Assembly (NCBI GenBank): GCA_964016885.1
Contig: OZ024742.1
Span: 26,598,001 to 26,662,000, forward strand
Direction: 5' to 3'
DNA: 64,000 nt
Source of the DNA: Eledone cirrhosa
Lineage: Eukaryota
Positions 1 through 12,611 of this stretch are shown here, piece by piece. The notes beneath the pieces are model-generated. The model worked only from the letters and a program-made list of their open reading frames with translations, did not search any database and was not told the DNA's origin. Positions within the stretch are counted from its first letter, which is position 1, and every line of letters starts with the position of its first letter. The position numbers and the translations under genes were made by a program.

Positions 1-529
1 GTGGAAGTGAAGGGTGACAGAGAGAGAAAAAAACAACATACAAAGGAAATAGAGACCTCCAGATAAAAACACAATTAACATCCATGAAAAATGTTTTTGA
101 TTCTGTCTCATCTCAATCATTTCTACCTCTATTGTAGCTCGAAAACAGTTGAAGGTTGCCACATTATTTCTCTTGCTGCTAAATACCATTCGGTACATGT
201 AAGTGACATATTTATTATTACGTTGAAATAAATGAAATGATTCTAGCATTTTGTTTCCATTCTATAGGACTTGCTGTGTGTATCTAGTTTAGGATCGATA
301 CATTGTAACTCTACATGTTGTAAGAAGTGACTAAAAGAGATGCTAGGAAGGGCATCTAGCTATAAAACATTGTCTAAAAATGAACCCCATGATGATTAGC
401 AAGCTTTTGAGGTCAATTTTCCCTGCTAAAGCTTTAGCAGGGAAAATGGCCTTATTATGCTTGTTGTTAATTTTTGTATATTCTATATGACCTATGATTT
501 TAGCAGTTTTATTAATGAAATATAGGCTG

Positions 530-690
530 TGAATTGACAGAGTCGTTACAACATCGGATAGAATGTTTGATGGTATTCGTTCCGGCTCTCTGCTCTCTGA
601 GTTCAAGCGCCGCCAGGGTCAACTTTGCCTTTCATCCACTCGAGGTTGATAAAAAAATGTACCAGACTAGTTCTGGGGTTGATTATTCAT
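530..690 (+). mobile_element. tRNA-derived SINE, diverged copy of the dominant SINE family
   Basis: B-box-like ctgagttcaa followed by aactttgcctttcatcc..gttgataaaa..gtaccag, shared with about 10 copies in the window. Confidence 0.75.
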
Positions 691-1719
691 CTATATCTTT
701 TTGTCATTTCCTGTCTCTCCCTTTCTATCTTTCACTGGAAGACATCTACTGTACTCAGGCCTAGAGAGGGATGGGCTCCGCCAGGCTTAAAATGCCCAAG
801 AAACGTTGTATGTTAATATGGTGCCCTTATGAGTCTATCGGGAGTTACGAGACCATATATACATACCATAAATGAACTAAAAGTATAAAAAGAATCATCA
901 TCATCATCATCATCATTTTCATGTCTCTTTTAACACGTTTCTAGAGATTGTATAAGACTTTGAAAAAAAAGTTTTCTTTCGCAGGATGATTTTCTTGGTG
1001 CCAACTAATGCCTTAAGTACTTTATATGTGCTGCAAGGTAAACTCATTACCGGGAAAAAAAACAACTATTAATGCTTGTTTTTTATAAGCAATGTCAATA
1101 TGTTGTTTGTGACAGAATTATATACACATATACATGTATTATTATCATTAGTTTATGGCAGTTTTTCTTTCCTAGCATGGGTCAGATGACATTGGACATG
1201 CAATAGTTTAAGGAGAATATTAACAGTATCATCTCTTTCATTTAGAAGGTTAGAAAATCAAAGGAGACTGACCCTCCTTCTTCTTCTCCAAGTAGAAGGA
1301 TGGGCACCATCAGCTTTAAAATTGCTCCAGACATATGCTACAATGACACCTCTACAATTCTGTCAGGAATTATGGAATCAGTGATTGTGATGTCACATTG
1401 ATCTACTGTGACCAGGGTGATATATACATACACACATATAGATATATATGCAAATTGGTTGTGGAGGTGCCACGGCAAAATAAAAAAGCACCCAGCATTC
1501 ACTGTAAGCGAGGTTGGTGTTAGGAAGGGCATCCAGCTGTAAAAACAAGCCAGAATCAGTTCCCGTCCTACCCTTGCAAGCAGGGAATAGCAGACGTAAA
1601 ATGATGATTATATATATATATATACAATACATAAACAGAGAAAGCCTTAAGCGATACTCCGACCAACTCCATCTCACTCAACAAACATTAGGATATACTT
1701 AAGTATCATATATATATAA

Positions 1720-2685
1720 ATTCCCGAGATACATGGACGAGTTCTCACCAGCGGTCTCTGTCCCTCATTATCGCTGCCATGTCCTGCGCCTCTAACAGAC
1801 CAGTGCCTGTCCTTAGGGCATCAATATACGTTAACCTGGGTCTTCTTCTTCCAGTGTGTCCATGTAGGGGCTCTTACCGGAGCACTGAGTGCCATGGGAA
1901 CTCTGGATGTCGGTGAGCATGTTCAGCTAACCTCAGTCTCCCCTGTGTCACTTTTGAGCTGACTTTTGGGAGGCTCCCATACAGCTCTGAGTTTTTCATC
2001 CTCAGTGTATACTGATTAATGTTCAGAGCCATCCTCAGCATTCTCGTGTAGCACCCATCCACCATCTGAGTGAGTTTATTGGTCAGTGTCCAAGTCTCAG
2101 ACCCGTACAACAGCACAGACTCCAATACAGCAATGAAGAGGCGGATTTTCATGTCTTTATGAAGGTCCGACTTCCACTCCAATCTCAAGCTGTGGCACGC
2201 CGCCCAGGCTTTGCGCTTTCTCTCAACACATCATCTTCCGTATTCCCAATCTTTGCTCCCAAATACAGGAAGCGCTCAACCAATTCTAGAGGCTTCCCGC
2301 CTACATTAGTGATCCCCTCTGGCTTCTCAACATTCTCTACTAGATATTTTGATTTAGTCTCATTCATTCTCAGCCCCACACTCATCGACGCAGTCTCAGC
2401 CTACCGCATCAAATCCTCTGCCTCCTTCACTGCTCTACACCAACACCAAATCCCAAGTCCTTACACCTGATGGGATGACAGAGTTCTTTGAGATACTGGC
2501 TGGAGTGCTCCAGGGAGGTACATTGGCTCCCTACCTTTTTATCATTGTAGTGGACTATTGTATGCGCCTTGCACTGGAGAAACACCAGGACTCTGGCTTT
2601 ACTGTAGCACCGGCTCCGAGCAGGAGAGTTAAGGCAAAAAAGGTATCAGATGCTGAATTCGCCGACGACATAGGTTTGGTGACAA

Positions 2686-2686
<1 letters not shown>
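1720..2686 (-). mobile_element. RTE-type non-LTR retrotransposon fragment with inverted 5' segment, in (TA)n
   Basis: Minus 2432-1720 encodes the RT C-terminus (GLRMNETKSKYL, FLYLG, VLLYGSETW, RMLRMAL). Plus 2433-2686 encodes GVLQGGTLAPYLF...FADDIGLVTN. Stops and frameshifts present. Confidence 0.85.
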
Positions 2687-2717
<31 letters not shown>

Positions 2718-2872
2718 TACAAACGTACAGTAGTATGTATATATATACACATACATGCACGCATATATATGTATATGTACGTATGTTCGGTTTGTTTGTA
2801 AACAAACAGCCCGAATTACGCCGTAAAGTTCGGCAACCATCGTTTCCCTTTTGTTCAACACTGACAAAGGAA

Positions 2873-2913
2873 CGATGATCTAGTTTCAAGCTTATTAGCT
2901 ATCGTCAGCATCG
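2873..2913 (-). ncRNA. Degenerate type I hammerhead ribozyme in a TA-rich repeat with inverted arms (3067-3150 / 3305-3390)
   Basis: Reverse complement CGATG-CTGACGA-TAGCT AATA AGCTT-GAAAC TA GAT-CATCG. Stem I is perfect, but the cleavage triplet reads GAT instead of GTH. Confidence 0.55.
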
Positions 2914-3393
2914 TATACCTTCCTGTCAGATGATTGAACGCTTGAAAGTATATACTTTCCCTATGCATATTAACGGCTGAGCAGCCTAATTTGAATATCG
3001 AGTGAGTTAGTCGGCCGAGCGTACGAAAACGATAAATGGAGAAGAATGAAACGAAATTTCATTTCTCACTCTTAGTACGGCTGATATTTAAATATAATTA
3101 TGTATACGTACATACATATATGTATACAGACGTACAGTAGTATGTATATATATATATATACATACATGCACACATATATATATATGTACGTATTGGTTTA
3201 CCGAACATTTATTATAATGTTAGGTTTGTTTGTAAACAAACAGCCCTAATTACGCCGTACAGTACATATATATATATATATATATGCGTGCATGTATGTA
3301 CATATATACATACTACTGTATGTCTGTATACATATATGTATGTACGTATACATATATACTTATACTTAAGTATCAGCCGTACTAAGAGTGGGT

Positions 3394-3494
<101 letters not shown>

Positions 3495-3893
3495 CGTATA
3501 TATGTATATATATATATATATCAATTATGAAGTTATTTGTCTCTTATTAAAGGATAAATTATCAAACTCAGTGAAGTAATTCAACATATTGAACTTATGT
3601 CAGAATCTCAATGTTTGGGAAATATAAGATAGACGATCTAATAGGGACGCTTTTTTATAAGTTAGACTGACTTATTTTAGTCAGTCTTGCTCATATTCCT
3701 CCTAAAGTGAGATTTAGGCATAAGTGTAATATGTTTATATATAATAGTAATATTAACATTATTAACTGGGATAGTTAAACTCCGTTACTGATTGAGTAAA
3801 AGCTCAATGCAGTGGGGATTATGCAGAGCTGTTATACACTAATTTCAAACACACTGAACATTCAAAGCATTAAGAAACTGACATATGTTTATG

Positions 3894-3968
3894 AAAGGCT
3901 ACATCAATATTTCATATGTGTTAAAAGTAATGAACTTTTAACATATGTGAAATACTGATGAAGTCTTT
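3894..3968. repeat. Short imperfect palindrome (~35-bp arms, 5-nt spacer)
   Basis: aaaggctacatcaatatttcatatgtgttaaaagt-aatga-acttttaacatatgtgaaatactgatgaagtcttt. Confidence 0.7.
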
Positions 3969-4344
3969 AAACCCTTAGCATTTAAACCGGCCGTACCCGG
4001 CCAGAATTCTCTCACCTCTTTCTGTTCAAACTGTCTTTAATTGGCCACTAATACTGATGTTAAGGTATTGTTCTCAAAATAAATAATATCAAAATCTCAT
4101 AGATTCGATATGATGTGACATAATTATATGAGATAAAGTCTTCGCCACAAAAATATAATAGTATATATAGAGTAATGTGAAAGCCAAGACTCTGATGAAT
4201 CCAATTCAAAATCACTACCTGAGTGTTAAGTTATAAAATTATAAAATTTGTAATGTTTTGAATTTTAGAATTATAATATTATGCCCCAAGGGTGCAAATT
4301 TTCAAGCTGGCAGAAACTTATGTCGGTTTCATAAGGCATTAAAT

Positions 4345-4474
4345 ATATGTTTATATGATTTCACCCGAATGAAACAGTTCTAGTCCTGTAAAAGCCATTT
4401 CTATATTAAATATTTATACTCTGCTATGCATTGAGTACCTAACTTAGTGTGGTACCTCCGATTGACCCTGGATA

Positions 4475-4480
<6 letters not shown>
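4345..4480 (+). mobile_element. Decayed PLE terminal-repeat (pLTR) remnant related to the 54990-55548 family
   Basis: gatttcacccgaatgaaacagttctagtcctgta and the downstream atactctgc..attgagtacct match 55420-55540; ends in (TA)n. Confidence 0.6.
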
Positions 4481-4513
<33 letters not shown>

Positions 4514-4952
4514 GTGTATGTATATCAGTGGGTGGGTAATGAGAATATATGTCTTATATACCATCAAATACCGAAACTTAATGTCTAAATACATCATCAC
4601 GTGATTTGATTTTGTTTTCTTTACATTTTTTAGCTGAATGTAGTAGCTGCTATATGTAAATGATCTCCTAAGGTATGTATTTCTGTATTATTCTGGATTT
4701 TTATGAATCCATATCCAAACTATATGTAATTCAGCATATTGACAATTGGATAAATGCTTGGAAATAGAGTTGCTATGTAGTTCCACTCATTTTCTGTCTA
4801 TGTATATCTGTCTTTGTCTCTCTCAATGCCTGTCTATATATCTACTGAGCCTGAAAGGATGGAAGGTAATGCTAAACTTTGAACAAAGAGATCAATGATA
4901 AACCCCACAGATGAAAGATAAACACACAGATCAATCAGCTTGCGTATATGTT

Positions 4953-4977
<25 letters not shown>

Positions 4978-4983
<6 letters not shown>

Positions 4984-5616
4984 ATATGGGTGAGAAGAAT
5001 ACTGCTGGTTGCACGTGGATAACATGTTATAAAATGAGTCTCTCATCAGTGATTTACCAAACGATCATGGGTATTTAATCGCATTAAAAATCATATACCT
5101 CACGTTGGTGCCATAATAACTAAAATAAGTTATTAGGACAATAGAAACGCGTAAAGCGAGTGAGACAAGTAAACAACACAGGGGGAAGCTAACCGAAGAT
5201 GGAAATAAACACAAGCAACATAGTTATTCTTTCAGCATAAGCTGTGTGAATATATGAGCGAGTCAGAAAATAGACCTTTCGCTAGTGAATCCGGTGTTAG
5301 AAAGAATGAAAACCGTTTTCCCAGCGAACGGGAGGAAGAAAGAAGGGGAGAAACAGGAACTGAGTGAGTGGGAGTGCGAAGAAGAGGTCAGTAGAGAGAA
5401 AGAGTTAACTGACATGGCAGAGGGGACGAATGAAAGTAAGAGAAACAGAGAGAACGAGGGAGCAGTAAGAGAGAAAGAGAGAAACACAGAATTGCAGTTT
5501 GGGTAAATATATGAAAATATGGGTGAGAAGAATACTGCTGGTTGCACATGGATAACATGTTATAAAATGAGTCCCTCATCAGTGATTTACCAAACGATCA
5601 TGGGTATTTCATCGCA

Positions 5617-5620
<4 letters not shown>
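4978..5620 (-). mobile_element. Non-coding partial-tandem element (family A, ~533-bp unit) flanked by (TA)n
   Basis: Direct repeat 4978-5087 / 5511-5620; no credible ORF; homologous motif at 21726-22440. Confidence 0.75.
5038..5139 (-). ncRNA. Candidate non-circularly permuted hammerhead, copy A1 (G12 mutated); truncated copy A2 at 5571-5620 has intact GAAA
   Basis: Reverse complement GTCC TAATAACT tatttt AGTTATTA TGGCA CCAACG TGA GGTAT A TGATTT ttaa TGCGA T (T/G)AAATACC CAT GA T CGTTTGG T AAATCA CTGATGA G(A/G)GAC. Confidence 0.6.
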
Positions 5621-5654
<34 letters not shown>

Positions 5655-6129
5655 AGCTCTATATCAAAACTTAGAACATATATATGTATATCATCATCAT
5701 CATTATCATCGTTTAAGGTCTATCTTCCGCGCTAGCATGGGTTTAGACGGGAATTGTCCCACGTAAGGCAAGATTGGTTGTCTTTCTCGTATAGGACTGT
5801 CTGGCGGGTTTTCTACGGCTGAATGCACTTCCTGACACCAACCACGTTTACAGTGTGCACTGTTTTTACCGTGTTACCTACACGGCGACATTACAGTGTG
5901 GACTGTGTGTTTTTTTGTCGTGACACCTTCAAGACCTCATTTATTTAGGACTGGTCGTTGTGGCACCAACATAACTTTACAGAGAAAGGGGTGGTGTAGA
6001 TGGGGTTGGGGTAGGGGTAGTGGGATGGGGGTGTACTTTTGGTTAGGAGGTACACACTGACTGTAAGTTTCGCTTTGTACTTAGGCAAGACGGGTCTTCT
6101 GTATTACTGCGTAGCGCCAAATATCTTGG

Positions 6130-6496
6130 TCCAGTGACATTGTCTTGGAGAGGGGTAAGTCTGTAAGGTCGGAATATATCAAATCGTCCCATGGTTTTCT
6201 GGATCTGCTTACTCCGTAGGTTCCATCTATTTTGATCGCTCAGCCCATTTTTATACAGCTGTCGTCTGTCATGCGCATCACGTGATCATACCAACGTAGT
6301 CTTCTCTAGAGTGAACAGCATCTGATCCCTCTTTTTCCTAATTTCTCACTTAGTTCATTTATGCTTTGCCGTTCAGGTATATTACTATTACACATCCAAC
6401 GGAGCATGTAAGCTTCGTTCCTCTCCAGTCTCCGCAGATCCTCTGCACACAATGCCCATGTCTTACTGCCATGTAACATTGCTGTTCGTATGCAGG

Positions 6497-6500
<4 letters not shown>
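6130..6500 (-). mobile_element. RTE-type LINE 3' fragment
   Basis: YDACIRTAMLHGSKTW...ERNEAYMLRWMC, followed by an RRLRWYDHVMRM-like tail. Confidence 0.7.
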
Positions 6501-6550
<50 letters not shown>

Positions 6551-6599
6551 GGAGAGAAAGAAAGAGAGGGGAGAACGGGAGAGCTGTCTCATCGTCTGC

Positions 6600-6686
<87 letters not shown>

Positions 6687-6687
6687 T

Positions 6688-7104
6688 AGTTAAAAGAATA
6701 GAGGTGTAACACACAAGTTATTATATATTGGTAAACGGAATAGAAAATGCTGACAAATTGTTCACAGTTGAAAAATGGTTTAATTAGGAATAAAAGAGTA
6801 TTAGTGATTGTATGGGTTAGTATTCAGTTGTGGTTTTAAGTTTTTAAGTTTTTACCGGTTGCGCATTTCTAAATGCTTTTCAAAAATAATTTTGAGATAG
6901 AGTGTCCGTATTGTAGAGCAAACAACACGGACACTCTATCTCAAAATTATTTTTGAAAAGCATTTAGAAATGCGCAACCGGTAAAAACTTAAAAACTTAA
7001 AACCACAACTGAATACTAACCCATACAATCACTAATACTCTTTTATTCCTAATTAAACCATTTTTCAACTGTGAACAATTTGTCAGCATTTTCTATTCTG
7101 TTTA

Positions 7105-7112
<8 letters not shown>
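6688..7112. mobile_element. Fold-back PLE pLTR (Neptune-like) between (TA)n tracts, with an HHR-like motif in each arm
   Basis: Near-perfect inverted arms 6722-6909 / 6927-7112. TTT-TTGAAAA-GCATT TAGA AATGC-GCAAC CG GTA-AAA at ~6950-6986 has GAAAC changed to GCAAC in both arms. Ends are shared with 9373-10492. Confidence 0.8.
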
Positions 7113-7179
<67 letters not shown>

Positions 7180-7181
<2 letters not shown>

Positions 7182-8702
7182 AGATATGTATAGCCAGATT
7201 CGCCGGAATTTTAGCAGTAACAGCACCTATACAGGGAAGTTTAATGGTGGCAGCGGCCTGCTCCCCTTTCCAAGTAGCAAGCTAAAAATCAACCCTAGAA
7301 TAGGAATGAGAAATGGGATGACAAATAACAAATCCCCAGGTAATAATAACCCTAGGAAGGCCACTACCAACTCTACTAGAACCTCTAGAAGGAATAGACC
7401 AAGAAATATTACCTGGCTTAACCCCCCCCCCCCCCCCATTCTCATCTAATCTAACCACTAATATCCCCAAACGCTTCTTCTCTATCCTATCTAAACACCC
7501 CCCCCCAACCATAGATATTACAAACTCTTTAATAAAAATAACATTAAAATCTAATTCTCCACAACACCTAACCTAGCTAGCCACATCGCATTCAGTAACC
7601 ATCATAAACTAAGACAGTATAACTCCCACACCGCGGTACCACCACCGCTATCAAATACACCACGCCACTACACCAATAATTACTCAAGTAACACACCTCC
7701 CCAATCTAATCCTTCTAGCACTGACCTACCGCTTATTTTAAACTACCCTACTCTCACTAACCGCAGAAGCAACAGCAACTGCCGTTACCCCAATGCATGC
7801 CCATTAAATGGACACTGCCTGACACCCAACATAGTCTATAGGTGCACGATTAAAACTGCTTCGAATACCAGCTCTTATATCGGGTCTACCTCTAACCCAT
7901 TTAAGGTACGCTATAACGCGCACTCTTTTTCTTTCCGAGACCCTAGCAACAGATGTTCGACATCGCTAGCTAGGCTCATTAAAAACCTTAAATTAAACAA
8001 CGTTCAACACTCACTAAAATGGGATATTGTGGCTAGGGCCTAACCGTTCAATGGACGAATAAAATCTTGTGATCTCTGTATTACAGAAGCATATTACATA
8101 ACTCTATCACGACCTCTACCGATTAACGATAGAACGGAGGTAACTATTAGCTGTCAACATCGAAGGGCTAATTCCTTCGCCAATAAAATATTTGACCCAA
8201 CTTAGTCATCTAGCCCCATTTTTACTTGTAGCTAATAAGTTAAATTGCTATGAACAACTTAGATAATTTTAAGTTACCTCCCCTACACTGTCTCTCAATT
8301 AAAACATGTTTAAATTAACGCTTAACTATAAATACCGACAATGTCTAATCTCTCGAGGAGTTACTTCCCCTGAAATCACCCTCTAATTAGTAAGGTAAAT
8401 ATGTCCTTTGGCAGCCATCTTGTTACCCATAGGCAGATCTCACACAATGCAGTCTCTACAGATGAATACTGCTTGATTATGGCTGACAACTGATGCAACC
8501 AAGACACCATAGTAAAAAATCAATACATGGAACATTATATTATGTAACATTCTCTCATTAGTTTAATTTATATTCCTTTGAAGTTCCGATGAGCCGCTCT
8601 GCCTTTTAAATATGTTAATTATTTTCAACTGAACCAGGTCAATTATGATATATAGTCATCTGATCCAGAAATATTATATGGAGTAGCGAAACAATTGTAA
8701 AC
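7180..8702 (+). mobile_element. 5'-truncated decayed PLE (linker, GIY-YIG endonuclease, pLTR)
   Basis: ITWLNPP..., CPLNGHCLTPNIVYRC...SYIGSTSNPFKVRYNAH..., CDLCITE (7790-8205, with stops); HHR near the end. Confidence 0.8.
8583..8702 (+). ncRNA. Type I hammerhead with long stem II insertion (U4 changed to C)
   Basis: GTT-CCGATGA-GCCGCTCTG...TGGAGTAGC-GAAAC AATT GTA-AAC. Confidence 0.6.
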
Positions 8703-9065
8703 GGAGTATCGGTAGAGGGTTGGACGCCATGCTTTCTAGCATAGTTACGTCCCTTTACAGTCTGAGTTCAAATCCCGCCGAGGTTAACTTTGCCTTTCAT
8801 CCTTACAGGGTCGATAAAATAAAGTACCAGTAATGTACTGGGTAATTGCTAGCCTTGTGCCTAAAGTAGAAACAATTATTATTAATATTGGCAGTGTCGG
8901 TAGAGGGTCAGACGCCATGCTTTCCAGCATAGTTACGTCCCTTTACGATCTGAGTACAAATCCCGCCGAGGTTGACTTTGCCTTTCATCCTTACGGGGTT
9001 GATAAAATAAAGTACCAGTAATGCACTGGGTAATTGCTGGCCTTGTGCCTAAAAGTAGAAACAAA
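8703..9065 (+). mobile_element. Two tandem tRNA-derived SINE copies
   Basis: agtatcggtagagggt..ctgagttcaaatcccgccgaggttaactttgcctttcatccttac..gataaaataaagtaccag..tagaaacaat, present twice. Confidence 0.85.
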
Positions 9066-9339
9066 TATTATTAATATTATTAATATTATTATTCTCTACA
9101 TTCCTTACATCAAATTAAAATATGTTAACAATCTTTTAATAATGTCTTCCTTGTGAAATTTGTGTTCTTGTTTTGCTTAACTAATGAATATTTCCAGCTC
9201 TGCGCACCTAACATCTGCATGAACCCAGCCACCTAGCTGCTTTCTACTGCATATTGCACATTGAGCACATGCCTTTGCGCTTTGGCTTCTAACTAATTCA
9301 CCAATCTCTCTTCTCATATCTCCTCTCATATCTCTTGAA

Positions 9340-9372
<33 letters not shown>

Positions 9373-9377
<5 letters not shown>

Positions 9378-10492
9378 TAAAAGAATAGAGGTGTAAAACA
9401 CGAGTTGTGATATATTGGTAAATGGAAAAGAAAATGCTGACAAATTGTTCCCACTGAAAAATGGTTTAATTAGGAATAAGTAAAAATTAGTAATAAGTAT
9501 TGGTTAGTATTCAGTTTTAGTTTTAAGTTTTTTAGATTGTCTTTTGCTCTTTATGATATCGTGTCTTCGAAGGATTTGGTTCATTCTATGGTCCTTTTTT
9601 AACACAGGGATGTTCTGGAGGATGGTGTCAAAGGCCTCATTGTTGAGGGGGTTGTGTGTGGAGATGTATGGATAGCTTTTAGTTTCGGTTGATTTACTTT
9701 AGGGTGTCTAAGGTCCTGGGTACTGAGTTTTAGGGCACGTTGGATTCCATTGTCAATTAGTGATGCAGGGTTGTCCCTGCCTATGAGTGTGTCCTTTAGT
9801 TCTTGTAGCCGTAAGTAACAGGTGTGTTTATTGGAGACTATAGTACCGATTCTCTTGGCTAAGTTGTAGGGAATATTAATTTTAACGTGTCTAGGGTGGC
9901 AAGAGTTGAAAGGAATATATTGCTTGGAGCCTGTGGGCTTGTAATATATGTCTGTTTCTATTTTTTGTTATGAATCTTAATGAGGATGTCGAGGAAGGGG
10001 AGTTGTTGATGGCTGTATTCCATCGTAAAGTTAATATTCGTGTTGAGCCTATTTATAAGGGTGTGAAATTCTTTAAGTTTCTCGATGTTTTCGTGCCAAA
10101 GGATGAAGCAGTCATGTAGATATCGCTTCCAGTTCATTTCTATGTGTTTCCAAATTTATTTAGTACTTTAGTGTAGAGGGTGATTTCCAGGTATCCCATG
10201 ACTACACTCTAAAGTAAATCAACGGGAAACTAAAAGCTTTTCCACACATCTCCACACACAACGCACTTAACAATGAGGCCATCTCCAGAACTTCCCTGTG
10301 TTAAAAAAGGACCATAGAATGAACCAAATCCTTCGAACACACGATATCATAAAGAGCAAAAGACAATCTAAAAAACTTAAAACTAAAACTGAATACTAAC
10401 CAATACTTATTACTAATGTTTACTTCTTCCTAATTAAACCATTTTTCACTGGGAACAATTTTTCAGCATTTTCTTTTCTTTTACCAATATAT
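9373..10492 (-). mobile_element. Internally deleted Neptune-like PLE with an inverted second arm (plus 10205-10492)
   Basis: Minus strand gives [55 protein letters not shown], homologous to 40007-41897. The ORF jumps at RQSKNLK straight into the pLTR end. Confidence 0.8.
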
Positions 10493-10539
10493 ATATATAT
10501 ATAAACGGTATATAACTGAATACATCAATTGAAAAACAT

Positions 10540-10748
10540 CTACTATTTAGTATGTATATATATATATATGTATGTACATATATATATATATGTGTATGTA
10601 TGTGTGTGTGTGTGTGTGTGTATGTATGTGTGTATCTGGATGTATGTGTATGTATATATATGTGTGTGTGTGTATAAATATGTGTGTATGTGTATATGTG
10701 TGTGTGTGTGTGTATGTGTGTATGTATATGTATGTGTGTGTGTATGTA

Positions 10749-10801
<53 letters not shown>

Positions 10802-10850
10802 ATGTATGTGTAGGTGTGTGTGGATGAGGGTATGTGTATATATATAGGTG
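10540..10850. repeat. Compound (TA)/(TG) microsatellite; similar tracts at 3395-3520, 11970-12210, 33385-33540, 36825-37050, 52850-53040
   Basis: Dinucleotide runs seen directly. Confidence 0.95.
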
Positions 10851-11967
10851 TAAGTGCACTAAATCCCTTTCTATCACTCTCCCCTCTCCTACCGACCACA
10901 TGGAGATATATGTATGTATATTGCTTCCACCCCCTCACTGAACAGCAGCTGTCCATCTGGCCATTGCTAAATCTGACCTTAAAATAAACCACTCCCCACA
11001 AATAATTCCTCATTCACAACCAGAAAGGGACACACAGCAGTCAACTTGCTGCTACCAAGTGAAAACTACTATGAAATACCTAACTGAATTTTATACTTGA
11101 ATTTTCAAATCTCAAATTTTAACTCTTTTTATTATTAATTTTTCTTAATATTAATCAACATTTGAAAAGATGGCTTTTGCAGACCGATCGAAGCCGGTCA
11201 TTTTTTATACCCTTTATTCTTTCCTTACCTTATAAAATTATATGTTTTTTCACAAAAAAGTATGCTGTCTCTTATATATTCCATGTGCCATTACCAACCT
11301 CAATTTTCTCTCTCTCTATATATATAGAACAAATAATATTCAAATTTAAATACAAATTTGAATACATACTCCTATGTGTTGAGAGTGTGCTCTATGTACA
11401 TAGACAGATCTAATATATATATATGTGTGTGTGTAAGTGTGTGTGAGTGTGTGTGCGTGTGTGTGCGTATGTGTGCGTGCGTGTGTATGTGTATGTGTTT
11501 TGGGGGTGTCACACTTCGCCTAGATAATTTTTAAATTTGTGTAATGTTTTCGATTTATTTCATATTTTATTATGGAATCGTGAACATGTTTTGTTTTAAT
11601 GAATAGACATTTACAGAAAAGAAAAAAAGGTAAGTGATGCCTCGATTAATTTCAAATATTATTATAATTAAAGATTGTACACGATAGATAAATGTTTCTA
11701 TATATTTCAATATATTCTCTTTACAAAGGGCAGGAAGTCTTCAGAACTAAAAATTATTCTCTTAAATTTTTAAATCGTGACGTACGTCAGGATTCAGCTT
11801 TCCTATTATTTTTCAAAAGAATATTTTTTTGGGGGGGAAATATAATGTTTCCTATAAAATGTATTATTTAGATACAATTTTGTTTTCCTATATAAATTAT
11901 TTTCGGAAAAGAACAATATGGGTAACCTTTTTCATATTGTATATATTGTTTCAGTAATTAATTCACT

Positions 11968-12042
<75 letters not shown>

Positions 12043-12110
12043 ATATATATATAAATATATATACTTTTATATATATATATACATTACTATATATCTATAT
12101 ATACATATAC

Positions 12111-12212
<102 letters not shown>

Positions 12213-12611
12213 TTCAAGGAATCGACAGAGGTGCAAAAAGTCTTATTAGTTTCACGTTTTACATGCACATACATACACACACGTACGCACACCATATACA
12301 TACATAACATGAATTTTTGTGCGCTCAAAATATAAGTATGAAGGTAAATACCTAACACAACTAGATATTTCCCTCTATGTTTGTAACTTTTCACGAAAGA
12401 TTCTTTACAATTTAAATTATTCGTTTTACTGCGCTCTGAGCTAAATGTCTCTAGAATATACAATAGTACATTAAAATTTGCTTTATTTGAAAATCGCAAC
12501 GTGTTTGATTCTGATCTAAGATACTGTGTTGAAGTGGTTCAATGCTGCATCTGCTTATTGATGTTTCATATCGTACCCTTAGATAAGGTTAGGGTTCATT
12601 AGTTTCTAGAG

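Noticed and set aside
343-816. Short ORFs as host exons
   Set aside because: They overlap SINE/retroposon remnants, with no domain or splice support
5060-5110. SECIS or box C/D snoRNA reading of the family A/B motif
   Set aside because: The GA quartet register does not fit SECIS and there is no upstream ORF; a k-turn plus HHR core explains more of the conserved positions
5144-5160. Plus-strand GAAAC GC GTA as half a hammerhead
   Set aside because: No upstream CTGANGA, and not conserved in family B
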